From Moniliella sp. 'wahieum' (lineage: Eukaryota): a DNA stretch of 64,000 nucleotides. The stretch spans positions 806,001 to 870,000 of the forward strand of contig RSEE01000015.1 in NCBI GenBank assembly GCA_003971905.1, read 5' to 3'. Shown here one piece after another: positions 38,463-51,859 of the stretch; positions within the stretch are counted from its first letter, which is position 1, and each line of letters begins with the position of its first letter. A program made the translations under genes and the position numbers. The notes under the pieces are model-generated. The model had not been told where the DNA came from. It made no database searches and saw only the letters and a list, made by a program, of their open reading frames with translations.

Positions 38463-40879
38463 ATGCTCACCCTCGACCCAGCCTCCTCCCAGCCGCCCGT
38501 TCCTCTCCCGAGTCTTCCTACCGTGCCGCCCTCCCAGCCGCCTTCGACTCTGGTTTCCCCCTCTGCGTCCAGCGCCGGCACCTTCTCCGACCGCCCCAGC
38601 CCCGTCTCGTCTGCCGAGCAGCCCACCGTCTCCCCATGGTCCCGCCCAGCATCAATCCTTCTGCCTCCTTGCCTGATTCACATTCCCCCTTTGCCAGCAC
38701 TACGTACCACGAGGAACAAATGCGTATCTTCCATACCGCTACGGGTCATGCCTTAGGCCAGCCGGTTGATTCCATGCCTCCAGTCTCGCCCACCACGACG
38801 CGCGAGATCCAAGCTTCCCAATTGGGATCGCCCCAGGAGGCAGACACTGCTAAGGGTTTGAACCCTGCCAGCCCATCTGCCTCGCCCACCGCCCAAGTTC
38901 ACGCATCCCTCCGCCCCCGTACAGCGCGTCCACCTCAGGTGGCACACCTACTCCACCTGCGACACCCAGTACGCTCGCACCTGCACCAGCGGATGATCTG
39001 CATCGCTGGCCTACCTTTACCGGATCGAATGTGCCGATGAATGCTAACGCGCTCAGCTTCAGTTCGCAAGACTTTGAGCCACAGCAGCAGAAGCAGCAAC
39101 AGGCGGCTTCTTGCGTTCGGTCTCGCGGCCGGGCTCCCGCTCGACAGGACCAGGATCGGGATCGGGATCGGGTCCCGGCCCGTCCCCTCTGAAGCGGATT
39201 CATTCGGCCTCAGCCGCGCAAGCATCGAGCGGCGGGTCCAAGGAGGGAGCGCAGGGTGCCTCCTCCCTGGCCTCGGGAACGGAATCTCCATCAGGAGGGA
39301 GCAGCGGACCGATCGGCAGTTTGCTTTTTTGGCGCCATCGGGGTCGGGACAAGGAAGCTAAGGCAATCTCCTCACCACTTCGTCCCAAGCGGAAGGGATC
39401 GTTGGGGTCGTCGTTGGCTCTGCTTCATATCAACACGCCCTCCCCTCGCACTCCTTCACCGCCCACTTCGACTCGGTCCAAGCCACCTTCGTATTCAGTA
39501 GGCCACTTGCCTAGTTTGGCACACTGCCCCTCTGCACCGAATGCTTTGATGCGTCCGAATGTTCCTTTACCCCCGGTGTGGGGCCCGTACATATTCCGCC
39601 TCGGCGATCAAGGTAGCGGCTGCCGAGGTGGGTCCCGGCTCGTTCAACAAGATCAAGCTTCTGGGCAAGGGGGATGTGGGCAAAGTCTATCTGGTACGAG
39701 AAAAGAAGACGGAAAAACTCTTTGCCATGAAAGGTACGTTTTTTCCCCATTTTGAGTGGGGTTCTATGGCCAGTTACTGACACGACAGCCTGGATGGTAG
39801 TCTTGAGCAAGAAGGAAATGATCAAGCGCAACAAAATCAAGCGCGTTTTGACCGAGCAGGAGATCCTTGCGTCGCTCAACCACCCTTTCATCATTACACT
39901 CTACCACAGCTTCCAATCGGAAGAGTATTTGTACTTCTGCATGGAGTACTGTGTGGGCGGAGAGTTTTTCCGTGCTCTCCAATCCCTGCCGGGAAAATGT
40001 CTGCCCGAAGAGGATGCCAAGTTTTATGCGGCCGAGGTCACGGCTGCCATTGAGTATCTTCATCTCATGGGCTTTATCTACCGCGACCTGAAGCCCGAAA
40101 ATATTCTATTGCACGAGTCGGGCCACGTGATGCTCTCCGACTTTGATCTTTCCGCCCGCGCCGGTCCTCGGGAGGAGCGCCGGCGGCGATCAGGCAGGCA
40201 ACGCCTACGAGTGTGCCCCTGGTCGACACACGCTCCTGCATTGGTGACTTGCGCACCAATTCGTTTGTTGGTACTGAAGAGTACATTGCACCCGAGGTGA
40301 TCAAAGGCTGCGGCCACACGTCGGCTGTCGACTGGTGGACGCTGGGGATCTTGATCTACGAAATGATTTATGCCACCACGCCGTTCAAAGGCTCGTCGCG
40401 CAATGGCACCTTTTCGAACGTGCTCAAGCGCGATGTGGTCTTCCCCGAGCCGTCGTCGAGTCACCATGTGCAAGCGCTATCCCCAGCAGGCAAGAGCTTG
40501 ATCAAAAAACTCCTCATCAAGGACGAACCTCTCGCCTGGGCTCCGTTTCAGGAGCGTCAGAGGTGAAGGAGCACCGCTGGTTTGCGTCACTCAACTGGGG
40601 TTTGCTCCGCAACCGTCAACCGCCCATTATCCCCCCAAGCCGGCCGAAGTGCTCGCCGCTCTTGAAGCGCAACAGGCTCGGGCGGGTGAAAAGTCCAAGC
40701 CTGCCTCGGCAGGCTCTTCGGCCTCAGGGCTTACTCCCGTTCCCGTTCCCAGCGCTTCATCGCGCAACATTGAGCCTCTGCCTGGTACCAATGGGGATGC
40801 GCGTTTTACGCCCGACTCGAACAATCCCTTTTCTGGCTTTGAGTGCATCACGCTGCACCACGATGGCGACAATGAGTGA
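38463..40879 (+). CDS. nrc-2: AGC Ser/Thr kinase, Nrc-2/Kin82/Fpk1 family
   Basis: [116 protein letters not shown]; long S/P-rich N-terminus, start uncertain. Confidence 0.92.
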
Positions 40880-41238
40880 CGCACCGCGCCAATTGCCATT
40901 TTGGCGCCCACCACCAAATCCCCACCGCCTCGCCCCCGCCCCAGTCATCTGCTCGTCTCCTACTGATTCACCCCGATGTAATATCCCTACGATCCTACGT
41001 GCCTTGCTTGACGGATCGTAGGCCCTCATTTGTGACTCCCGTTCCAACCCACGTCGCGTCGCGTCCCATCCTTCATTCTCGATTGCACTTGCTCCCACTC
41101 TTCTCGTTGTCACATGTCACTACTTGTCACTCCCTAGCCTTGTCCCCTTTGCCCAGTTGCTTGGGCTGAGATCCTCTGAAAAAAAATGTTGACACTATCT
41201 CCTAACTTGGCTAGCTCAACTGAAAATGCATCTGTGCC

Positions 41239-42431
41239 TTACGTGCTCACTTCCGTTACCCCGGGCTCAGTCGCTTCGCCCCATACCTCGGCCAGGAGCC
41301 GGACCGCAGCAGTGTGTGGACCGTCAGTTAGGACGAGAGGTGTAGCGGCGGGCGGACCGAGTGGTACGTCGAGGTGGCGGTAGGGACAAAAATCGGCATG
41401 AAACGCGACTGGGTCCAAATTGGCCGTCGCAGTCGGGCCGCTGTACCGCCGTAGCCCCACCTCGCGCGCACAGAGGCTGCAGGCCAGCACCCTTGGGTGA
41501 CAAGCCGCCACCCCCGCGGCCAGAGCAGCTGCGCGGCAGCATCGGCCTCCACTGCCACCCCAGAAGCGTCGTCTGGACCGATGCGGAGCGTGTCCCCGGA
41601 CAACGAAGCAGCGAGGGCGGTGCTAAGAGAGGCGGCAGCCTCGGCCCGAGCGGGGGGGAGAGAAGTAGTTCGGGAGGTGAAAAGATGTCGGCTGGATGCG
41701 GAAGTGGGCAGGGGGGGGGGGTTAGAGTTAGTACACGTTGTATTGAAGAGCAGGGCGCACGTACCGTCGCACGGACCCAGCCGCCATGCACAGCCCGGAT
41801 GATGTGGAAGAGCAAGTGCAGGGAGAGAGGGGGACGGGGTGCGCGTCCACTTTGCCAGACCAGCATCCAACACTGCCGTGTCGCACGCCACCTTGCCCTC
41901 GGGGCCCAGGAGAAAATCCGGGATGCTCCCGCGCAGCACTGACCCAACCTCGGCCGGCTGCCACAAACTTGGCAGTTCAGCGCTTCTTCCCGTACACTCG
42001 CGCTCGAACTCGCACTTGAGCTGGCCGCGCTCACATCGTTGACCTCGGGCGGTGCTCGTCGCCATCCCCATCGGGCTACCTGGAGTGGAGCGAACAGTGC
42101 ACGGGCCCACCCCGACCAAGTGTCATAAACGGGTCCCCATCCAGCTGCGTCGGGGGCTGGGCGTGGGTCGTGTCGGTGCGCCGTAGGCCAAGCTGCGTGC
42201 GACGCTGACAAAGTCTGCTAGGGGAACGACGCGGGCAGGGTCCAAGTAGAGGCGGTAGGCCGAGGGCCGGAGGGTGGCCAGGCGGGCATGCAGCGCCGGT
42301 AAGCTGGTGGGCGCATACGCCGCGTCACCCTCCGCGTCGTCAGGCAAGGCAGGGGGGAGCGGGTACGCGTCCAGGCTGCGGTCGAGGGCGCGGAGGACGT
42401 CGGCGGCGGCCTGGATGCTGGGCTCGGCCAT
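41239..42431 (-). CDS. C3HC zinc-finger protein, Rsm1/Pml39/NIPA-like
   Basis: YAPTSLPALHARLATLRPS, GW, LNCQVCG, AAQLL..GW, LACSLCAREVGL, DPVAFHADFCPY motifs across shifted frames. Confidence 0.6.
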
Positions 42432-42678
42432 GCTCGCGTCGGGTGGGATGGAGTATCGAGTGTAGGTGGCCGGCTGGCGAGGGCGACTGGCTCACCTGCA
42501 ATTTGAAATCCAGGCGAGGGCCATGTATCATGCGTCATCATTCATCATGCATCACCCAGCAGCTGGCAGCCTCTCCGATCCTCAGACAGACTGAGTACTC
42601 CGATCAATCAGACTCAGCCCTCAATGGGAGGACTTCTTGCCACCTCGCACGCATTCCTGCGCCGCCATTGCCACCACC

Positions 42679-45098
42679 ATGCCCAGCAAGCCCCGGCCCG
42701 AGGAGGCCATCCCCCTCACCGCCACCAAGCACGTGGTTTTCCGCCTTAGCTCGACGACGAGGCCGAGCCCAGCACCCCAGTCAGTCGCCCTGCCACCAAT
42801 CCCATGCCGGGTGCCTCGTCCCAGTCGGCCGCACGCGCCACCCGGAGCACAAAAGCAAGGGAAAGGCACCGGCCCTGACGGCGAGCCAGTTGTACACCCA
42901 GATGGTCAACCGCCATCAGCTCTCTCAAGTGAGTCTGAACCAGCTGCGCCGGACCGAGGCCCTCGCCTCTGATGCCGCTCCCTCCCCCCCCACCAAGAGC
43001 CACGACGGCGCATCATACCAGGCGCTCGGGATGGATGATCCAGAGGATGAAGACCAGATCGGCTTGTTAGGACATGACAGTATGTCCGCATCCTCCCCAC
43101 GATCGCGCCAAACCTCGGGTGCAGACGCAAACGTGGCTGGGAGGGGTTCAGCGTTCGGTAGAGGAGTACTTGGTATCCTGCCGCCAAGCGTTACAGCAAA
43201 GCAGACGGGCGCGCATTTTGTTTTTTATTGCCTTCTTATTGGCTGGCGTGCTGTTGATGATTCTCGCCTTGTTCCCTTCCCACCGCTCAGTACTCACGTC
43301 ATGGAGAAACAACCAGCATGGGGGAGATGGCAGAGAGCACCAAGCCGAGGCCGATGCGGTTCCTGCGGCAGAACTGGGAGAAGGAAATGGTCTGCTGGAT
43401 CTACGCCAGGCGAAGCCGGGATATGGTACAAATCTCTGCCCGGCGCGATGGCAACGGGCACGCTGCCCTTTTGGGCGTCCGCTGCCGCGCTCCCGTCGGG
43501 CGTGTCGCAGACCAGAGGGCACGAGGTGATCCAGACCGCTGTGGCTGGGGCAAAGGAAGTACAAGAGCTGGCGCCTTTTACCCACATGGGTCCCCTCTCT
43601 CCCTACAGGTCAGCTGATGGCTTTGGTGTGACAATGTACGGTACCGTGATCTGTCGGCACTGATGCCAGATGAAAATGGCAGAGGGACGTGTTCTGTCGA
43701 CCAAGTCCATATTCTCCACCGCCATGGTGCTCGGTACCCCACCATCGATTCACCTGCCCATTCGGTCGCCGCCTTGGCCCGGGCACGGGATCTTGGCGAC
43801 GTTTCTTTCTCTCTGGTCCTCTCGCGTTTCTTCAAACGTGGCAGTATCGGCTTGGTGCGGAACTGTTGACCCCTCCCGGCCGTTTGCAATTGTACCACAG
43901 CGGGTCCAGGCCCACATGCAGTACGCCCATCTCTTTGGCGAACAGTTCCGCGGGGCGCAGGGCCATGTTCCCGATCCCATCCCCGAACGACGAGAAGCAA
44001 GCCGGAGGCAATGGGGGTGGAGCGCCTCCTCCCCAGGGGCTGTATTAGTGCGGGCAGGATCGCAGCGGCGGATCGTTGACTCGGCGCTGGCATGGTTACA
44101 GGGCTTCTACGGTCCTCAGTTGTGGAATGATTTTGCGTACCCCCGACGCCGACCTGGCATCGCCATCCGGCATGTCTCGCTCCCTCCACGCCCGTTTGGA
44201 AGTGAAAACCGCCCTCGCATCGACTTGCAGATTCACCCAGAGGCCAAGGGTGGAACACGACACTGGCTAGTAACTTTGCGTGCCCGGCGGCTAACCGGGG
44301 CAATGCGACTACCGCAGCGAACCTCAACGCGTTCAAGGAGGCAACCCTCCAACAGGCGGTGCAACGTCTCCAGCCGCATGTCCAAGTCCGCTCCGTCTCC
44401 CACGACCAAAAGGAGGAAGAGCGATGGGATGGAAAACTTACACCTTCGTTGATAAATGCGATGCAGCAACTCTGCTCCTACGAAACGGTGGCTTTGGGTC
44501 AATCCGACTTCTGTGGCCTGTTCACCTCGCAGGAATGGCGCGACTACGAACATTTGTGGGACATGCAATTCCACGGCTACGATGGTGCTGGCACCCGCTC
44601 GGTCGCGCAGGGCATCGGCTGGGTCAACGAATTCTTGGCGAGGCTGACAAACCAACCTTGGGACGAAGCGACGCAGACCAGTGAAAACACGACAGTCAAC
44701 TCTGATCCCACCCGCTTCCCCACCGATGCTAGCCAACGTGTTTTTGCCGACTTTACCCATGACAGTGTCCTCACCAGCGTTCTCGCCGCCCTCGGCGCCG
44801 TTCAGCTCAACACACTCCCCCCACCTCAAGGGAAAACGAGCAGGCGCGTTTCCGCTCCAGCCAACTCGTTCCCTTTGCGGCGCGAATGGTATTTGAGCGG
44901 TTGTCGTGTGGGCCCGACCAGGACCGTGCCGGTACATACGTCCGTATGGTGCTCAACGATGCCGTTGTGCCATTGTCCGACCTTGGCTGCCCTGCCCGCC
45001 CCGATGGCCTCTGCGCTCTGGATCAGTTCCTCCACGCTCTGCAAGACCGCCAGCACCGTGCTGACTATCGCCGCGTATGTGGGACATGGGAAGAGTAA
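42679..45098 (+). CDS. Histidine acid phosphatase / phytase-like, N-terminally anchored
   Basis: VHILHRHGARYPT (RHGxRxP), QRRIVDSALAWLQGFYG, LCSYETVALGQSDFCGLFT, AQGIGWVNEFLARL, ADFTHD, MVFERLSC, YVRMVLNDAVVPL; hydrophobic segment near 43220. Confidence 0.9.
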
Positions 45099-47166
45099 TC
45101 ACCCCCCCCACCCAGACCTTGAGCCGGGAGAAGGACAAGACTCCCCGCCAACCCGACTCGTTCAAGTGGACAGATTCCGCGACGCTTATACCATTTCAAG
45201 ACGCTTGCCTGCCTGCTGGGGGCATACTGTAGACACCCATTCTCTTGGGTACTATATGGCCAGCTAATGTATCTTTGGGATCTCCTTTCCTTATCCACCC
45301 TCTCAAAACGAACCCCATCGAAAGTTGTGCGCTGCAAGTGCCATACAGGGTGAGGATAGAGGCTCAGGGCGATACCTGATCCTGACTACCTAATAAAAGG
45401 ACTACTCTGTCTGGCGGTCAATGCCAGGAATGACAGAACTAAGGTGCTACTACTAGTACTATAGCCGAGAACACCTCCGGGGACCTAATGGCCAAGGTAC
45501 GTGCACTGTTCGGATCACTGGGTATCCTGATCTGAGAATCACAGAGCCGGAACATCTGGGGAGACCTCATGGCAGCATCGATGAGGCCTGGAGTCCTGAT
45601 GGTCCTCGAGGGTGATGCAATCGCACTGGTGGTGGCGGTGGTCTATAATCCAGCCCGCAACGCCGACAGAGGACCATCAAACAGCCAATCTTCGCCAGGG
45701 GCTATTAGGGTGGGAGAGGAACAAGGAAGCCAGAAGCGAGAAAACAACGGAACTCGTACGCCTGCCAGAGGAGGGACTGAAGGGACTTTTCGGCCGAAAT
45801 GCACATGCTTGTACTATTGTTGAGCCACCCGCGGAAACGGTTTGCCACCTCCACCGGCAATGAATTGCGTCCGGAAAACCTCCGTTCGTGAAGCTAGCGA
45901 AGCTCTTGAAAAGCTTGAAGCTTGAAGCTAGTAAGTAGTAACTACTTCGTCGTGTGGCGTTTAACATGTCGGAGATCTGAGATAGTCCACCTGGCCACTG
46001 AATGTTACATGCATGTTACACGTGTCGCATTTTCACATGTATAACTGTCACACGGCATAATACTGTCACTTACTATCTACCCTGCCGGTGAGACGTCGGT
46101 GTGATGAGGAAGACACAAGTAATACGATGAAGTGCTATCGGATGATATTCTTAGTGCCTCCGGAGCCTTATTCGCAGCCTTCGGAGCCTTCATTTGCTTC
46201 GTCTGCTTGGATATATGCCAACAGCTAGTGTGCCAGGGCGCTATGGGGCTTAGACAGGAGGGGGTTACCAAAAAAGCCGTGTCAGCCAACAGTCAGCACG
46301 CTCAACCAGTGGGGATCATTTTCCCCACCATCCATTCTCGTCCCTTCCCGCCTTTCCTGTCCAACTCCTGACCGTTTCCAGTCAATTGGTTCAGTATAGA
46401 CAACCCCTCGTCTTCACTTAGCTGCCTCCCCTTCATCTTCCGACCTCGTCATCCACCTTTCCATCCGCCCAGCGGTCACGCACAACAGGCGGGCGAGTAG
46501 TAAGGTTGTTAAAACGGATTCTGGTGACCCTCCGATATAGAACTTAGAGATTAGAGATAGAGATCGTTGGCGTAGCCAGCCCCACCCACCCGTGACGCGT
46601 GACGCTTAGGCGAGTGCGAGCCATACGGTTGTTGGCGGATTCTGGTGCCCCCTCCGATATAGAACTTAGAGGTTATTGAGAAAAGAGAGTATATATTGCC
46701 GACAGTGTCCGGAGTACTGACAGCCGCGGGATCGAGATCCGAGGTGCTCAGGTAGTGAGCTGCGGAGTGGGGGGACGTGACAGGATGTCTAGAAGCATCG
46801 CTCAGGGCCGCAGTGTGCGGAAGGGGCTATTGGTGCGAGAATTTTTGGTGCACTCTCTGAGGTCTGATCTCGAAAGAGACAAAAAAACGTTAAACAAAAA
46901 AGTGACGACACGCTTTATATAACTTTGCCTGGCACTACATTGCCATTCACCCCACCTGCACCAATACCGCCTGCCTCATTCCCACCGTTACCTCGGCGTC
47001 TTGGTCTAGTGGATCCAGAACAGGTGCTTCCCCCTTTTTGGTTGAAGGTCAGGCGCGACACGCGACTATTCTTTGGACGACTCTCTTCGCGACAGTGTTT
47101 TACCTTTGAATACCACACAAAAGGATGTGGGGGCCACACCAAACCACCAGCACAAAAGGGACGCCA

Positions 47167-49690
47167 ATGGCAGCTGACGAGAACCCGCCAATGGCCACTC
47201 CTCCGTCGGCAGCACCCACCTCTTCGCCTGCGCACTTCCGGCCTCCCTCGCCACTTCAACGCCATTCCAGTCATTTACGCGAGGCCATCAGTCATGCTGT
47301 TCACACTGCTACCCACGTGCTGGTCCCATCCGACTCCAGACTGCACTTGAGTGACAGTAGTAACGATACAGACGGCAACAGCAACAACGACAGTAACAGC
47401 AATAACCTGTACGATAGCGATAAGAACCATCATATCCGCGACAATGCCGGTCTCGCCTCACCGCCATCCCGTGCTTCAATAAGGACTACCACATCTCGTC
47501 GCGCACAGTATTCCCGCTGGGCTGAACCTACCCGTCCCCTTACCCTTGCTTCTACCGGCCTGCCCCATGCCGAGATCAATATGGGTGGTGGGCATGCCGT
47601 CTCGACCGATTCAGAAAATGACTCTCTCCGCCCTTTCCATATCCAGCAGCGCCTCAGCCATCGTGACCAAGGTGAAGCCATTACTGTGGAATCTAATACA
47701 TTTGTGGGTATGAGCACAAGCACGAGCACGAACGCCACCAACAAGGACTCGAAGCGCACCCAAATCTTGGCTAATAGCCAACACACAATGGATGTCTTCC
47801 CCACTGCGCTCCCAGCAGAAGGTCGCGAGAGCAGTGGGCACCAGATCGAACAACACGAGGACGAAAGCGAAGACGAGGCCTACTTTGATCGTGCTCATTC
47901 ATCATCCGGAAAATACGTGGCAGTGATGGGGCCAGATGTGGCAGTCAAAGTAGCACATCTGTTCAAGCCCCCCATGATCCGGCAATGGGTACACGGTTCC
48001 CATTACTTTGGGGAAACGAGCGAGCGAGCGCCATCCCGGACTGAGCTCTTTTTCGACCTAGTAGCCGTTGCCATGGTACACAAGGTTGCAGATTCCCTCA
48101 TGATGGCACCCACCCGCGCCATTCAGGTCGCCTTTTTTCCATCACGTTTTTCCTCGCCTGGACCCTATGGTTGGACCAGCGTATGCTGGTCAATCAAAGT
48201 GGTAGTGACGATATTTTCCAGAGGGCATACCTGGTGGCCATGATGATCCTTGTCAACGCCTTTGTCTCCAATGCGAGCGGGGTCAAAGTTGCTACATTCG
48301 TTTCTGGAGAGGGTGGAAGTACAGAAGAAAAAGCACCGGCCGCGGCGAGGAATGCCATGCATCTCATCACCCGCTTGGCCATCTTACCTCGTGCTGAGGG
48401 CGAGGAGGAGACGGTTCGCCCAGACCTTGAAGCTCATATGTTTGGTCCTTACTACTTTGCTGAGCATTGGCATATCTTCCTTAAAGGTGCCATGAGCTTC
48501 TGGCTGACAGCCCGGTTTCTCAAGATGTGGATCCTTGGGTTGTTGGCCGTGATGCTTCCCAACTTCCGCGCTGCTCTGCTTCTTCAACTTTGCACCACAC
48601 TCGTTTGCACTGCCTGTTTTCTCCCACTTATATTTAGCCGTGACCCAATCGTCGTCATGAGTCTCGCCGTGGCGGGCGTTTTGCTTGAGTTCTTCCTCCG
48701 CTTTGGTCTAGCAGCAGCACAGAAGGGCTTGCATAAGGTTTCCAAACGTCGTCGGCGGTCCCGCTTTCACTTTCCAGCTCAGTCAGTGGAGCATATGGCT
48801 GAGCGCATGATGTTGTTCACGATTCTGGTGATTGGGGAAACGATTATGAACTCGGCCTACACGGGAATATACGCGCACCATGGTCATGCCGGGTGGGATG
48901 TTCTTGCTGGTCGATCGTCCTTGACGATTATCAACTCTTTCCTTTTGGCTTGGATCTACTTTGACTCAGATGGTTCGCGCACTTTTGTGCATGCTCTACG
49001 GCGACACTACCACCATGCCCTCCAGTTCACCAATATCCACGCGCCCTATGCGGTGGTGTAATTGTGCTCTCTTCGGTAATCCCCAGGCTGATTTCAAACG
49101 AGACGGTAGACCAAGGAACCTTGTGGTACTACTCGGGCGGTCTGGCTGTCGCCCTGATCAGCATCGCTTCCATCGCTTGCCTACACGAGAGCTTGGACCT
49201 GTATGGCTCTGCGTGGTTCTCTACCATCTCTCGTATCTTTGCACGGATCTTGGCCGCGGTTGTCTTCCTCTGTCTCCCGATCAAAGCCGATTGGCGCACA
49301 GTCGACTATCTCGGCGCCCATACCGGCATTCTTGTTGTTCTCGTCATTTCGAGACAGTAAGTAAGATTGGAGCGGTGGGACGAGTGTATGACAAATCCAG
49401 GCACAGGCGCTGGACGAGTACCAAGAAGCCATGGATGCCACTCGCATGACCACCACCTGAACAACATGCCCACCTTGGCCAGCCTGAGCACCGATTTTGC
49501 TGCTCTCGAGGTAAAGCCCAAGTTGGCCACACACCCGCCCGCGGGCCTTTGGAACAAGATCAAGTATCACGCAGGCCAGGTCCGAGCTATGGTGGACAAG
49601 GAGTACCTTTCCCCGGTCTTTCGTCCAAGAGCCGTTGGCACAATTACGAGGACCTCTCCTACAATGAGCTGGGCGAAGAGGACGGGGTAA
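47167..49690 (+). CDS. LtrA (low temperature requirement A)-like multi-pass membrane protein
   Basis: ELFFDLVAVA, HMAERMMLFTILVIGETI, AWIYFD, FVHALRRH motifs; multiple TM segments. Confidence 0.8.
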
Positions 49691-50239
49691 CGAGGTGGAG
49701 TTGGCCAGGTCAAACTCCATAAGCTGCGCCCATCGAGAAGGTGGGCGCTGACTGCGTTTTAACCGCGGCTTACACAATTTCGTCCCCTCGCCTGGTCATT
49801 ATTGACACTCATTTCTTCCCCCCCTGTGTCTTTCCGTTGCATTTTGGCTCACCAGCCCTGTTATTCCCGTTTCCTGTCTCTTTCCTACACTAGGCCATCA
49901 TTCTGCTCCGTTTCTTTCTTGCACAATCCACCCCATTTGCATATGTTCGCTTTCATTGGCTCACGGCGCCGCTCAAATCGCGTGCACGCTGTTAAGCCTC
50001 CTGGACACAATAGGCCCAAATGACATCTGTGGGATCTATGCTTGTTATGGGCATTCCCTGTAACCCATTCACGTCCAACTCCCCAGCGGTGCCGCAACTT
50101 TATCGAAGCATATGTGCAGCATTCTCACAAGGATCATGGTAACCTCGATCAGCATAGCTTAGGGTGGGACACAAACATGTGAGTGGCCTGCGTGGCAGCA
50201 TAGAAAGGTCATCGCCTTACAATGGCTAAGATGCCGGAC

Positions 50240-51277
50240 TCATCGTTTGGGCTGCAAAAACGTTCGCAGGGTCGATTGACGGGTATCAGGATGCACCCCT
50301 GGCCGTTTGAGGTGAGGAGTTTCGTTAGTCCCCTGCACAGCCAATGTCAGAGGTAATGCCCTTCGAGCGAGCATGGTGCGTTGTTCTTTCTTGTTATCCT
50401 TTTCGGTAAATGCAGACGAGGTGGTGCAACGCTTTTTCTCTGGAGCGTCATCGTGGGGGCTGGCAGGCCGCTTCGTTCCCAACGGGCTGCATCCATGAGG
50501 GATTCCCCTTCCGGTTTGAGACTGAGAGAGGAAAGAGTAAATGTAGTGATCGACGTGTTGACTAGGAACCCCGACCCAGGCAGACCATGGGGTACAAAAC
50601 GGATGCGAACTTCCTGATCCATAGTCCATGGCTGACGATCACAATTCTCACCACATTTGGTGCCTTGGAGGCCAATGGCAAAGAAGGATTCGACTCAGAA
50701 GGGCCTCTGCCCGGTGGCAGTGCCATGTCCATGCACGCCTTCAGGGCAATGTCAATCCACTTCACAGCTGTTTGTTTAACACGGCAAGCAAAGTCTGCTT
50801 GCGATTCGCCTGCACCTTCCCCTCCTTCAAATCCAGCAACACGTACTCCACGGCACTTGCCCTCTCTTGCACCGAACGAGCGTTCTGCTAATCCGGCGTC
50901 AACAAAGTGCATCCCGCGTCCCTGTGACCAAGCACGTATCAGATCCGACACGACTCTTAGCCGTCCTCCCCTTCCTCGGGCGAGGGGAGATGTGAAGAAG
51001 AACAGTGCCAGGCGTGCAGAAACCGCCTGGGCTGTGCTTTTCGTACGCGCCCAGGGGACTTGCTACAACGAGGTGGATGGGCTTCTGTTGGATTGAGCTG
51101 AGAAAGGTTAGTTGGTGGCAAAGTGCTGGCCCAGGCGGCGCACCTGAGCTCCCCCCTGGGAGTAAGGGGTGAGTCAGTGAGGCCCTGCAGAACTTTGGCC
51201 ACGTTGGCCTCGGTCTCCCCGTGCCGGACGAGCAGTAGTTCCAGCGTGGGTGCCGAGGGCGTAGCTGGCGTGGCCAT
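50240..51277 (-). CDS. Phosphoglycerate mutase-family histidine phosphatase
   Basis: LLLVRHGETEAN..LQG.TDSPLTPRG, LAERSFGAREG, GES, IVIVSHGLWI, NTSIT. Confidence 0.88.
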
Positions 51278-51859
51278 CCAGATGGCGGGGCGGCTGCGGG
51301 GCGAAAGGACGGGGGACTCTGGTGCGACTGCGTTCCTCCTTGGAATCCATATACGACTGGGCCACGAGACAGACGTGTCGAGAGCCGCGTGTAGACGCCG
51401 GTGGTTTTCTGAACGTTCAACACGTGCAACGCTGGCCAGCGGCTGGCGTGATGCGTGATGCATGATGCATGGTGAAGCTCGATGAAGCTGAAGCGGCCCG
51501 CTCAGCTGAAAACCCGGGTCGGAGGTGGAGCAATTACCTCAGCAGAGCGCAACACTGGCGCGGTGCGGCGGGGCGAGCGACAGCCAAGCACGTGGAGCAG
51601 ATCCGTGGAAGCACCGCCCGTCCCCCCTGCAGGCGACCGCCAAGCCGCCGAGCGGGCTCCAAATCGTCCGAATCCGCTCGGGCTCTGCTGTGCGGTTGCG
51701 CTCCTCTCCCACCACCCGCTTCCACGCACTCCCACCGCGCGATGGATGCGGCCAGCGGCCGTCAGCATGCGCCCGGGCACGCATCGCATGCCGTCTACGC
51801 ACTCGTTTTCCCCCATTCCCCGCAGATATACTCAACCCCGCCCCCCCCACCATGTCACA

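Noticed and set aside
37586..44937. Numerous long overlapping/antisense ORFs in the ORF track
   Set aside because: These are shadow ORFs of GC-rich coding sequence with no recognisable motifs.
47167..49690. LtrA-like gene as recent bacterial HGT
   Set aside because: The family is widespread in fungi, and this gene has a long eukaryote-style N-terminal extension and host-like composition.
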